A stretch of 64,000 nucleotides of DNA from the NCBI GenBank assembly GCA_047495785.1, contig JBLDXI010000015.1, positions 3,968,001 to 4,032,000 on the forward strand, read 5' to 3'. The notes under the pieces are model-generated. The model was not told the origin of the DNA and searched no databases. It saw only the letters and a program-made list of their open reading frames with translations. Shown piece by piece: positions 11,156 through 22,784 of the stretch (the first letter of the stretch is position 1; each line of letters starts with the position of its first letter). A program made the translations under genes and the position numbers. Source of the stretch: Lepidodermella squamata. Lineage: Eukaryota > Animalia > Gastrotricha.

Positions 11156-12982
11156 TTACTCTTCGACATTCGCCCTTCGCAGGACCACCCAAACGTAGAT
11201 GTGCTCGATTAAGAAGGCTAGGAAAAATACAGCAAATGCGACGATATCAGCCAATCGGCACAGCCTCATAGTTCTTCTGTTGTTCAAGATTCGAGGATGG
11301 TGACGCGGGTGAATGGTTGGCGTGGGCTGTTTTGGCTTCCCCTTAGTCAAAGTCCTATTCGACAACCTGAATCGGTTATTACTACGTAATCCGCCGATTA
11401 TAGCCGGCTGAGATGTCGTTGGCAGCGAATTCTGGCGGTAACGATGCTGCTTACTGTTCTTGCCGTAGTAGTCCAACTCATTGCCGACATCTATCTCCCG
11501 TTCGTTATCATTGTAATGAGACTCGAAAACGTCGTAAAAATCGTAGTCAGGATGCGTGTACTTCTCAGTATGCTCAACATTGAACGGGTGGTGGAACTCC
11601 ATCGAAGGCGCGACAGGGAAATGCAAATTTTCTGCGACCCCGACCATAATAGCCGTATAGATTGATATCAGGGTGCCTAGAATAATGTTGATATTGATGT
11701 ACAAAATAACGACGATAGGCTCAGCAGTTCTAGGTATAGCTTCGATGATAGTCTCTTGAAGTATAGCCATCGCTAAGATAATCGTGATGCTGTAAACAGG
11801 CCGATCAGGCAGATGTGGGGCCATTCCGAATACCGATAAAAGGAGGGCAATTAGAACGCTTGACGGGATGAAAATCGAATAGACATAAGGCAGTGATTTG
11901 CGGTGTAAAATCAACGTGAATCTCGCGCCAGTCGAACAGTAAGTCTCATCATCAGCCATTTTGTAACAAGTTTCGTAAAGTGAAGCATTCGTATACTGAA
12001 GATGCCATATTTGCGATTGAGTAGTAACAGACATGTTACCTATGCTTGCTGAAATTAAACAAAATAATAAAATATAATTTAGGGAAAATTATATCTGACC
12101 ATGATTCCCGATGGTGACCTCGTCAAAGGTTACTAGGTCCTTAGTTAGTTCATGCTCGAAGGTGAAACTGCAAACTTGGCGATCGAATGGGAAAAGGCGA
12201 TGCGAAAATGGACACCGGGCCGCCCACTCGCCGATAGCATCTTGCCTCGCAACTCCATTTGAAGCAACAACTATCGCCGGTTGATTTTCACTATTGTCCC
12301 TCACAGACTAAAATTATAAAAACGTGAATTAAATCTGGTAAAAAATTCAAATTTATACATCTAGATCGCCTCCATTGATGAGTAAAATCGGCGGGCGCCA
12401 ATAGTCATGTGGTTCGAGATAAAAATGATGCCGTTTCCGCTGCAGCGCTAGAATTTCGTCCTCGCCAATTTCAGCATTCAGCAAGCATTCATCCTGCCAT
12501 TTCAGGTAGAAAACAGCGACGACTTTGATTACTTCCTCGACATCGCTGACCTCTCGAATGCTGATAAGTTCGAACCCGGCTGTGTAGTTGAGGGGCCCGC
12601 GGTTGAATGCTGCTGTTGGCATCTGGTTCAACCTTCCACATTCCTCGACAACGATCGGGGCTTCGGTTTGTTTAGTCGTGATTTTTGTTGACTGAGTGCT
12701 TGAATCTATCGGTTTTTGAGTCAATGTTATCGTGGCCGTTAGAGCCCCTCCTGTAGTAGCTGTTGACGTGGTAACATCGGGGTTAGGACTCGTAATTTGA
12801 GGAACGGTTGGTATGGTCACGGTTGGAATTGTTGTACTTTCCGTAATCAAAGTCCTAACCCTGGCTGTTTTCGGGGTATTTGCAACCGTGGTAGAAGTTG
12901 ACCCTGGGTCCTGGGCTTTGACAATAACAGGTAACAAGGATATTACTGTGGCGTGCAGAAGGACGCCAAATAAATGGTTCAT
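11156..12982 (-). CDS. Divergent Cys-loop ligand-gated ion channel subunit with a Thr-rich N-terminal extension (exons 12982-12359, 12307-12100, 12048-11156)
   Basis: Signal peptide, WQDE, YWRPPILLIN, Cys-loop CPFSHRLFPFDRQVC (C-x13-C), pre-M1 LHRK and four TM segments. Splicing the GT-AG introns restores one frame. Confidence 0.88.
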
Positions 12983-13228
12983 TTATGATGCTTATAGCCA
13001 AAAGATGGTAATACCATGTATAATTGACCATAGCTTGAGGCACGCATGTCTTCCCCTATTACACCACAGCTGGTTAAACAGCACTCATCCATCACAAGCT
13101 ACAAACTTACGATGGGCAATCAACATCGATATTTCAAGTCAACACCGATGAGAGAGATGCCCATCTTTATTTACAATAACTAAACTGTATCTTTTGGAAT
13201 CGGCTCAATAAAACCAACAATTATTATA

Positions 13229-13806
13229 TGACCGTTAACAAGTGAAAAGAGGGGATTTGACGTATTTTCTGTAATTTCCAGCAAAAAGTGTGTCGAATCG
13301 AAGATGGATGATTCTTGGAATCCCAGCTTTTCTTGCTCAGTTCATTTGAGGATTTTGAATTTTCTAATTTCAAACCTCTAGGAGGCTCCCATCCACCTCA
13401 AAAGGCGAGAGATCCCAAAGTGTCGCCGAAAAGGCTTATCGATTCAGGTTGACGTGGAAACACTAGCTTGGTTCCATCAAAATTATTGAATAGCCTCAAA
13501 TATCCTCACCTCAGATTACCACAAAAAATCTCGACTGCGCATAAGAAAATAACATGGGAGTTTATTTCGCGACAAATTATTAATTGGTGCAATAAAAAAA
13601 CTATTTTTTTAAGCGCGAATTTTTCGAAATTTGCAATTTTCACCCGTGAACTTATTTGAAGCCCATTTTCTCTGCAACCCTGATGACTGTTAACCTCTTT
13701 TAGATATCGTTCGAGTCCATCGTTCATGATGCTGCATCAAAGCTGCATCAAAATTTCACGATGTCATAAATTTCGCCAAACCCCACTTTTCACTTGTTAA
13801 CGGTCA
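13229..13806. mobile_element. Non-autonomous TIR element (MITE), copy 1
   Basis: TIRs TGACCGTTAACAAGTGAAAAG / CTTTTCACTTGTTAACGGTCA. Homologous over its full length to 25203-25765. Confidence 0.85.
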
Positions 13807-13923
13807 AATTGTCTATAAATCCATGACAGACACGTAAAGATTTAACGAAGTATAAATATTGGTTGTCTTGCTTTTAAATCATGCGAGACACTCTCGAAAA
13901 TTCAAGAGGCAATATAGGTTGAA

Positions 13924-15096
13924 ATGCACTGTCTTATTGCACGAATTATTTTGTTAAATTTCGTGATTTTGCTGTCTTATTCTCAGTCGAATTTCACGCA
14001 AAATGACATAACAAGATTACGCCTATTTCTGCTAGATCGAAGATCAGAGGCAGGTATCACGGCTCTTGACAAACCCGTTCAAAGTAGCAGGGATACATTT
14101 TCAATCTCAGTCTTCATCCAACCCATGGTTTTTCTCGGTCTGGACGACGTCAAACAAACCATAGCTATCAACCCCTTTATCGGCGTTATCTACAAAGACG
14201 TGACCTTCAAGTGGAGTGATTTGCCCGAGTTTTCGAACGTTACTCTTCTCATGCTGAAGCAGGGTGAGATCTACAAGCCGCATATAATCCATCGCAACAA
14301 CCCAACTGATATGGGGCTGATAGTCAAGTCTCAAACCCAGGAATCAGACGCCGTTTCAAATGCGATAATTTTCCCTGATGGAACCGTCGCGTGGTACCCG
14401 ATGATCTCAACGCTGGAAACGTCGTGCAAGCTCGATTTTACCTACTTCCCATTCGATACTCAGACGTGTGTCTTCGACTTCAATATCTACGAGTTCTGCC
14501 CGACCGGTTTCTTGAAAAGCGCATATGTCGAAGCTGCCCCTGATTTCATCAGTGAAAACTCGATATGGCAGCAAATCAGTTTCGACGCTGTGATAACGAG
14601 AAACTGTAACGCATCTGGGCAATATCCGCCGGCGAAAGTGTTTCCGAAACTTGAATTCAGGCTGAAACTTCAGAGGAAGACAACGCCTTATCTATACACT
14701 ATTTTCATCCCTGGATGTCTGTTAACACTCTGCCAACTAGCTTCGTTAGCAATTCCTCCCGACTGCCCGGATAGGTCTAGCTATGCCGTGACTGTTTTGT
14801 TGACATACTTGGTACTTCAAGGTGCTGTGAATTCAAGCATTCCAGCAAGTTCAAAGTCGATCATTCTGACAGTCCTGATCAATATTTTACTGGCAGTTGG
14901 CACTTTTATAACAATTTATTGCGCATTATCGCCAGCAATCACTCGATTTGTTGTCGAGAAAGTTGGAAATGAGAAGACAGGTGATCGCTATGTTCGAATT
15001 TTGGATGCAATTATCCTTCTTATCGCCTCTATTGCATGCGTGTGTGGTTGCATTTCTTGCTTTGGAAAAATGACAAGTTCGGCGGATTCAGATTAA
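13924..15096 (+). CDS. Intronless divergent Cys-loop channel subunit (390 aa)
   Basis: Signal peptide, IYKPHI, DGTVAW, CKLDFTYFPFDTQTC, LQRK, M1-M4 with a short M3-M4 loop. TATAAATA at 13851-13858. Confidence 0.92.
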   Translation: MHCLIARIILLNFVILLSYSQSNFTQNDITRLRLFLLDRRSEAGITALDKPVQSSRDTFSISVFIQPMVFLGLDDVKQTIAINPFIGVIYKDVTFKWSDLPEFSNVTLLMLKQGEIYKPHIIHRNNPTDMGLIVKSQTQESDAVSNAIIFPDGTVAWYPMISTLETSCKLDFTYFPFDTQTCVFDFNIYEFCPTGFLKSAYVEAAPDFISENSIWQQISFDAVITRNCNASGQYPPAKVFPKLEFRLKLQRKTTPYLYTIFIPGCLLTLCQLASLAIPPDCPDRSSYAVTVLLTYLVLQGAVNSSIPASSKSIILTVLINILLAVGTFITIYCALSPAITRFVVEKVGNEKTGDRYVRILDAIILLIASIACVCGCISCFGKMTSSADSD

Positions 15097-15414
15097 ATTT
15101 TTTCTGATTATTTTAGACAATTCTAAATTTAATTATGATTTTTTTCTATTAATTTTTTAATAAATCAGAAGTTTCAGAAAAATTTAAAATAAAATAAAAA
15201 AATAGTTGGATAAATAAATTTTTAAATTGCCCCAAATTCTTATAATTATCCCATCCTCGTTTATCTATTATCTATTTATATTTTTTAGGAAACTTTCTAG
15301 AACGGGATATCACTTTTTTGCTCGATTAGAAAATCACGAAACAATTCTCGAATTTCGATAATTAGCGGAAGTAAACGTCAGATTTAGTTTCTATATAACA
15401 AATTTCGCCAATAT

Positions 15415-15756
15415 TTATTTATTGATTAATTGCGAGAAAATCGCCATGACGATAATAAAACCGGCGTCAAAGTGAACTTCGGAACCTGCTGAAGGCGGGC
15501 AATTACAGTTATTTGAACTGCAGCAAACCGAGCCGTAATAGTTGTAGGAAATCGGGCAAGTTGTAGCACACGACATGTCCGTCGAATTCGTGCCAACATC
15601 GACGCGGATGCACATGTTCGAGTCTTCAGGGCACGTTTGAACGTCGCGGATTTTCGAATTTCGCAGACATCCTGAGCAAAAGCAGCAACTCAAGGCCGAT
15701 GACGAGCCAGCTTGAAGTGAGATAATGACGGCGGTCAAAATCCACAGAGACTTCAT
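15415..15756 (-). CDS. Ly6/uPAR (three-finger) protein, likely GPI-anchored
   Basis: Signal peptide, LSCCFC...CCSSNNCN LU-domain signature and a hydrophobic C-terminal tail. Confidence 0.85.
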   Translation of the reverse strand: MKSLWILTAVIISLQAGSSSALSCCFCSGCLRNSKIRDVQTCPEDSNMCIRVDVGTNSTDMSCATTCPISYNYYGSVCCSSNNCNCPPSAGSEVHFDAGFIIVMAIFSQLINK

Positions 15757-15923
15757 CAAAATTATTACAACCACGAATAAAGGTGTAAAACGGGTTAATT
15801 AATGAGAAAATCTTTATTTTGACGCGAAGTCTATAGCTGGCAAAAAACCAGCGAGGATAAAGCATGCCTTCAGGTCATTCTACACGAGAGTTTTGTAGAC
15901 AATTAATTGAAATAAAATAGTCA

Positions 15924-16274
15924 TCACAAAATGACCTTTAGAATAGTGCTAATGAAGGCAATAATCGCCAGGTCACTTTTGAGGTCATTCGAACTCGCTG
16001 CTGGGCAATTGCAACCGGAAGTTGAGCAACATTCGACCCCGAAATAGCCGACACTATTCGGGCACTGGGCAGCACACCCCCGATCGAGATTCACCTTTGT
16101 GTGATAGGCCGAAAAGCAGAAATTTTGATCAGCATTGCATTTTTCGATATCGCCGGCTGCAGTTGAGTTGTGCAGGCAATTCGAGCATTTGCAACAGGTC
16201 AGCGACAAGACTGGAGTTAGATGAAGAACGGCAATCAGTGCAAAAATCAGCGCTGTAAATTTGAAGAAAGCCAT
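15924..16274 (-). CDS. Ly6/uPAR (three-finger) protein, tandem paralog
   Basis: Signal peptide, LTCCKC...RGC...CCSTSGCN and a hydrophobic tail. Same Cys spacing as its neighbour. Confidence 0.85.
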   Translation of the reverse strand: MAFFKFTALIFALIAVLHLTPVLSLTCCKCSNCLHNSTAAGDIEKCNADQNFCFSAYHTKVNLDRGCAAQCPNSVGYFGVECCSTSGCNCPAASSNDLKSDLAIIAFISTILKVIL

Positions 16275-16821
16275 AGCGTTGAAAAATGACGAAATTGACG
16301 TACCATGTGGCCAAAAAGCACGCCCTAAGAGGCTTCAATTTCGCCGGATTAGCGATTTAAATGGGCGATTAAAGAAGGTGCGGGCACTCGACCTAGGATC
16401 ATTAGTCGCCAGTGCACAGTTTCGTCTGACAGGTGCGACGTGTATACTGTCAGTTTTTTTATGTTGTATTCTCTCATTCAATCATCGCAAGAAAAAAGGA
16501 AGAAGTTTTGTGTGATGAGAAGTCGAAGTTTTTTAATTGGCGTGTGAAAACTTGTTACATATACAAACCCACTCGCGCAGCTTCATTTGTTTATTTAAAA
16601 GTGACGACGCACAAAAGAAAACGAGTTGAAGGGTAATTGTAGGCTGAAGCTATAGAACGTGTACAGAACAATGGCGGCTGGTGAATAATCCGGTGATTTA
16701 TGCGCAGCAGAAAGAATGAATCGCAAAAATAGTCAAGCTATTTCCATGTTGTGAACCGGATTAAAAAAGTTTTCTGTCAAGTCACGTCTTCCTAAAAAGC
16801 CCACTACAATAATAAATATTA

Positions 16822-18960
16822 ATGGCGTCAAGATTTTGTTTTCTCTTAATAACTGCGCGTTTGTCCTTGGTTTCCGGCCAGGTGAGATCATAACTAGAAT
16901 CGCAATTTTTAGCATAATCAATTAATTCAGGGTGTGCCATGTACACTAACCCGTCAACCCCCTCGCGGCTTCTGGGTCGACTCTAATAAAGCCGGTATTG
17001 TCGAGGCTGATATCCAGCCAGGAACTGCGATTTTCATCTCGTGCCGAGTTGGGAATCAATTGTTTGACGGGCCGAATCGAACTGTTTGCCAGATTAACGG
17101 CAATTTTAGGCCCCCTGTTGACCAGTTGGGCGTGTGTAGACGTCCTACTACTGATGATTCGCAAGCAGCTACGACACCTACAACGACTACAACAACCGAA
17201 GAAGGGACGACTACGACGCGAAATAACCGCCGGACTAGGCCTACGACGACTACAACATTAGCAACACCGGAGCCGACTATAGAAATTACTACTACAGCAG
17301 CAACAACTCAGCCAACTCAACCAGTAAAAAATAATACAATTAATTTACTTAATTTACTTCAAATCTTCGTTTATAGGCACCGGCATTATGCACTTTGCCT
17401 ATTGTACCCGGCGGGAAATTCACTCCATCTAACGCTAGAACTTCGATAAATAACAACCGAGTTAGGCCGGGTGTTAGAGTCATCCTAACCTGCAACGATG
17501 GCTCGGATGTTATCAATGGAGCTGCGAGAGCTCTGTGTACGCAAAGTCTCGAATGGTCGGATAAAGTAAAACAGCTCAGTTTTCTTCGAAAATGAAGTAT
17601 TTTTAGTAATTGTTGTCCTAAAGTTTGGAAATTGCGGAACCGAGTCTGTGACTACTACTACTACAGTCGTACAGCCTGTAATAACTCAAAAACCGACATC
17701 AGCACCGGACGTTCCAATCAGCATACCTGTAGCTGATGGTAAATTCTGATTGGTAATCATAATAAAATTATACATCATTTTTTATAGAGTGCGAAAAGTT
17801 ACAAGAAATTGAAAACGGCAATCTAATCGGTAGCGGAGTAAAAGTTGGATCTAAATGGCGGGTTGAATGCAAAAGCGGTTTTGTGCTACGAGGCGCTCGG
17901 GAAACTACTTGCCAGCCCAGTGGTCAATGGTCGGATTTTGGTCAGTGCATTGATGAGCAAAATGTTGGAAAAGGTAAAGCTTGAATTAGGAATTAGGAAT
18001 TTATCGACTCTACTATATGCTGTTTTAGTCTGCGAAAAACTGCCCAAGTTAGATTTTGCCAATACAACGAACGAGAGTGAAGTCGCTTACGTAAGATAAA
18101 ATGTCCTAATTCCTACTGTGAAATGAAAAATTATTACTCAGGTTGGTGAAGCTCGCGAGGTTCAATGCAACGACAGCGCTCGAGTTCTACGGGTAGGCTA
18201 AAATAGCCGCATTTGAAAAATCCACCTTAAAAATATTAATAATTTTAGTCCGGCAATCCTGACAGCCGAGTGTTGAAGCAAAGTGATCACGAAATTCGCT
18301 GTACTAATAGCGGCCGGTGGACAAAATGGACTGGCCGTTGCGTTATAAGTAAGCTGATGTTTAATACTTTTGGGCTATCAAATTAATTCATGAGCTGATA
18401 GTATGTAACAAGATACCTGATGTGGAAGGTGGCTTCATTGGCGATGGTAATTCTTATTCAAATTTACCGAACATTTTACTGACCAATTTTGAATACAGGA
18501 CCATCCGAAGTGGGGTCCATTCGCAACGTCGCATGTAATGACGGAGCAAACATAATTTTAGGTGCCAGTATTATATCTTGCTGCTGGAATGGTGAGTGGA
18601 CTGCACCAGGCTCATGTAAAGATAGAAGTAAGTTTCATCACAATTTTGAACTCTCATTCATTAAATTCGTTACTTATCTGCCCAGGAGAGATATCGGCTG
18701 CAAGCTTAGTATATTCGCAACAGCAAGCTACGGCTAGTTGCCCACCTGCTCCCCAGGAGCTAAAATGTAAGCTCATATTCGAGTCACAAATTTTCATAGA
18801 TTTATTATTAATTTTTTCCGAAGATTGCCCCGGGTTTACCGGCCTTTTCGCGAATTGTGTCGCTCCGGCTCGAATAATTTCCGACCAACCGAACAGCTCG
18901 CCGAAAATTGCCGCTCTAATATATCACCTGCTTCTTTTTCTAATTATAGCTAATTTTTGA
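16822..18960 (+). CDS. Multi-exon Sushi/CCP-domain protein (about 5 CCP modules, Thr-rich linkers, GPI-like tail)
   Basis: Signal-peptide exon 16822-16881. Introns 16882-16930, 17324-17376, 17566-17623, 17739-17787 and several more join modules such as CEKLQEIENG...CKSGFVLRG...CQPSGQWSDFGQC. C-terminus is IAALIYHLLLFLIIANF. Confidence 0.8.
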
Positions 18961-19020
18961 TGACAATTTTAATGACTTCGGATTATCGCTCACTAAGTAA
19001 AACAAATCAACTTCGAATTT

Positions 19021-19923
19021 TTATTTTCCAAAATCGAAAAAATGACCAGAATTTTTAAGGTAGCAATCAATCATCTGCAACTTGTCGTCGTTATCACATA
19101 GCGATTCTACTTCATCCTCGAAATTCTCGCTAGAATTTTGCGACCTTATTTCGAAAGAAATCACCCGTCGAGGTTTCTTTCCAGCCGAGTGATCCACCGC
19201 CGGATTCAGCGAGCTGATCACAGATTGAAATACCTCTTCTTCCGCGACGCAGAATACATAGGGCAAAACGTCGGCTAGAGCCGATTTTCCAACATCCGAC
19301 CAGCTGATCTGCCTTAGAATTGAGCTAACAATTTCTGAGCTGTCCCTGACATCGGATTTAGCGATCCATTTGAAGACAAATCCAACCAGTTCTGTTTCGT
19401 TGAAATGTAGAGGTATGATTTCGCTCTTGAGAAGGCGAATTATGGCATCGTAGGAGATCTTCGATATCAACTCGCCTGAATCATCGTCCTTCAAAATAGG
19501 TATCCTCTTCTCCAGAAACGCGTCAAGTGAGTCGAGCAAGCTATTAATTTCGAAGGCAAGCGCTAGAGTTTCCAGTTCTTGAAAATTTTCGAAGTTGATG
19601 TTTGCACAGTCGAACAAATCTTTTTCCTCGCGCAGAATAGATAGAATATTCAATTCAGAGGCAGTTTCTAGGACAGACTGAAGCACGATTTCATCTTCAA
19701 TTTCAATTTTACCGCGGTACAGATAGTCGATGCATTTCGATAGGCCGATGGCTGAAAGGTCAGGCAGGCCGTAGAATTGCTCCATCATTTCGTCGCTACT
19801 GTTTTGCGAGAAAATTTCGCGGAAAAATGGCGATGCCGAGCTGAGAAGGCGGCGATGGACATGGTGAACTGTTCCATCGGCAGATATCAAGCAAGAGTCA
19901 GTAAAAGTCCTCGTTACACTCAT
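19021..19923 (-). CDS. BTB-BACK protein without Kelch repeats
   Basis: DSCLIS...HRRLLSSASPFF...IDYLYRG (BTB), then LLKSE...NETELVGFVFKWI (BACK). Confidence 0.85.
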   Translation of the reverse strand: MSVTRTFTDSCLISADGTVHHVHRRLLSSASPFFREIFSQNSSDEMMEQFYGLPDLSAIGLSKCIDYLYRGKIEIEDEIVLQSVLETASELNILSILREEKDLFDCANINFENFQELETLALAFEINSLLDSLDAFLEKRIPILKDDDSGELISKISYDAIIRLLKSEIIPLHFNETELVGFVFKWIAKSDVRDSSEIVSSILRQISWSDVGKSALADVLPYVFCVAEEEVFQSVISSLNPAVDHSAGKKPRRVISFEIRSQNSSENFEDEVESLCDNDDKLQMIDCYLKNSGHFFDFGK

Positions 19924-20298
19924 CGTAAAATTGATAGTAAGTTTTGGAGAGTGACTCAGAATCGTCTCATTTTCTGTTTCTCGGAGAGCAGTGTGCGGCG
20001 TGCGAGCACTACTTCGCACTCATCGCGCCGATTGACTACAATAAAGCTAATCTTATCGCGAAATTATGCTCGCTAATTGAGTGACATTGAAATTTTGATG
20101 AAATTGAAACGCGGTTTGAACAGACATGAAGTTTTTCCGAAACATCTTTGAGAATGTTAAAATCCGGTTGTTGAATGTTGAAAATTCTGATGAATCCTAT
20201 AGTATACAAATCCTATACTAATATCCAATATTTGAAGAGATTTCTTGCGAAAGCATATTCTGCAGCTGAGAAATTCGTCAAATGCTAGTGATTCGGTT

Positions 20299-21815
20299 TT
20301 ATTGAGCTACTGCCTTCGTGATAATTTCAATTATTCGCCGATGGTCATCTGAAATTATCTTGGTTGAATAAGGTTTGTTAGCCAAATCCGTTGCAGTTCG
20401 TCCCCTCTTGTTCTTCACCTTAGCATTGGCTTTGAATTTATTGACTAGAACATCAACAACAGCAAGTCGAGTCCAAAAGACAGCTTTCATCAGTGGCGTA
20501 TCGCCATCCTTATCTACCGCGTTAACCTTGGCTTCGAACCTGCCCACCAGCAGTTCCACGATCTCATCTCTGTCCCTCGTGGCGGCAATGTGCAGCGGCG
20601 TCGAGCCATACTTATTGGCCGCGTTGACGTCGGCTTTGAACTCGCCTGCCAGTAGTTCCACGACGTCGGCATAACCATTCGTTGCAGCCTCATGCAATGG
20701 AGTTTCCCCAACCTTATTCGCCACGTTCACATCGGCTTCGAACCTGCCCGCCAGCAGTTTCGCGACGTTAGCTTTGCCGTTACTAGCAGCATTATGCAAT
20801 GCCGTCGAGCCTTTCTTATCTCTAGCGTTAATATTGGCTTTGAACCTGCCCGCCAGTAGGTACACGACGCCAGCATGGCCATTCGTTGCGGCCTCGTGCA
20901 ATGGCGTGTCGCCATCCGCATCGGCCACGTTGACATCGGCTTTGAACTCGCCCGCCAGCAGGTACACAGCGTGAGCTCTGCCATGTTCGGCGGCCCAATG
21001 CAACGGCGTCGAGCCATATTTACATGGCGCGTTGACGTCAGCTTTGAACCTACCCGCCAGTAGTTCCACAACGTTGACTTTGCCATTGCTGGCGGCCCAA
21101 TGCAACGGCGTCGAGCCATACTTAGATGCTGCATTGACGTCGGCATTGAACTTGCCTACCAGCAGTTCCACGACGTTAGCATAGCCATGACGAGCAGCTT
21201 CGTGCAATGGCATCTCGCCATTCCTATCTACTGCGTTAACCTTGGCTTTGAACCTGCCCACCAGCAGTTCCGCAACCTCAGCAAAACCATTTGCGGCGGC
21301 GACGTGTAATGGCGTCGAACCGTATCCATTTGCCGCGTTGACGTTGGCTTTGAACTTGCCCGCCAGCAGTTCGATAACTTCAACGTGGCCTTTGAAGGCT
21401 GCATCATGAAGTGCAGTTCCGTCGTTGTTGTATCTGCCGTTAACATCCAGCCCCAATTTGTCCTTGCATAGCAGCAGTTGTGACATTCTCGCTACATCAT
21501 TTTCAAGTGTGCATCGCACGAATTCCTACTTCAATCATCAAATCGGAAAATATGATGGTTTCTTTAAAGAAAGCAACCTTGATAGCTTCCTGGGTGTTTT
21601 TCGGGAGTTCAACCGCCTAAATAATTCTAAATTATTTGAAACAGAATTCAACAGCCTTTGATAAACTTTACTGGGCTTGCAGAATTCTGCTCAACGGTCT
21701 CCTGCGACAATTGCCCTGTCCCTTCATTCGGCCTCACCGAATGAGGATTTTCTGGCTGTTCAAGACCACCACAGCCAAAAACCTTCCTTACTTGGAAGCG
21801 TACTGATTTGAACAT
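20299..21815 (-). CDS. Ankyrin-repeat protein (about 10 near-identical 34-aa repeats); main exon 20299 to about 21525, short 5' exons inferred
   Basis: Repeated GxTPLHxAAxxGxxxVVELLAGxFKADVNA. The upstream ATG at 21815 and its splice sites are tentative. Confidence 0.85.
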
Positions 21816-22636
21816 GTCTCGATCTATTACACAGGCAAAACTTATTTCCTACAACTGCCTGAGTAACAAGTCTGGTGTTGTTTTATGATAAGCTGTCGTG
21901 TCGTGGGCGATGTTGACATCTAATTACTATTGAGAAAGGGCGAGGAGATAACAATATGCGAGACAGGAAATGATATTTCCGTAATTTTTCAGCAGCTCTC
22001 CTTCACGATATTCGACCTTCCTCGTCCATTATCCTCATCTGCTCACAATTTTTCTATTATAATCGCAAAATGTTCAACAATTTCCGAAAATTTTGTCTTA
22101 AGAAGAGCCCTGCAGCAATCAACTAAAAGATCATACTTCTCGCTAACATTTTTTTTTTTATTTATTTATCAAGAGAGGAAAAATTCTCAACAATTGTCAC
22201 CATTTTAATCGTACATGATATATTTTATTGGTCCACTGAACAATGCCAGTTTATATATTGGAAAAGGTTGGATAAGTGCGACACTGAGGAATATGGCGAA
22301 ACTGATAAGAGGTCTGTCAACAAAGCTTCAACCAGAGTGACCAACAAAGAAATTCAAAATAATTACTATTTTAAAGGATCTTACTTTTAGCGGAATCAAA
22401 TTTCGGCCTAAACCCGCTTTTTTGAGCTTTCTAGGATGTCTTGATTGACCATCATAATTCAAAATAAATCATTTTTAAATTCAACCTAAAATTCTGTGTA
22501 AGACGCGGAATTCATATATTACCTTATAAATTCGTAAAAATTTTCGAAAAGCGACCTTTGGCTTATGTCAAATTTGGGTCCGCAACAGTTCTGTCTTTCG
22601 TTCAGGATTAATTACAGTATTTGAATTACATTGTCT

Positions 22637-22784
22637 TTATTGTTCGATTCCGAAGGACATGTCAAAGTGTTGCAAAACCTGCTTGAACACCCTGCCATTC
22701 ATTGGAGCATGCGTTTGTGGTGCTGTAAAGATAGCGAGATCGTATTCAGCCGTAACAGGAAAAGACTGATCACGAAGTGATATG
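22637..22784 (-). pseudogene. 3' remnant of the alpha/beta hydrolase gene
   Basis: The reverse complement reads ISLRDQSFPVTAEYDLA-IFTAPQTHAPMNGRVFKQVLQHFDM, matching 4570-4737. The rest of the gene is absent. Confidence 0.88.

Noticed and set aside
20375-21446. Multiple overlapping alternative-frame ORFs over the ankyrin gene, and similar antisense ORFs over the channel genes
   Set aside because: These are shadows of GC-rich repetitive coding sequence.
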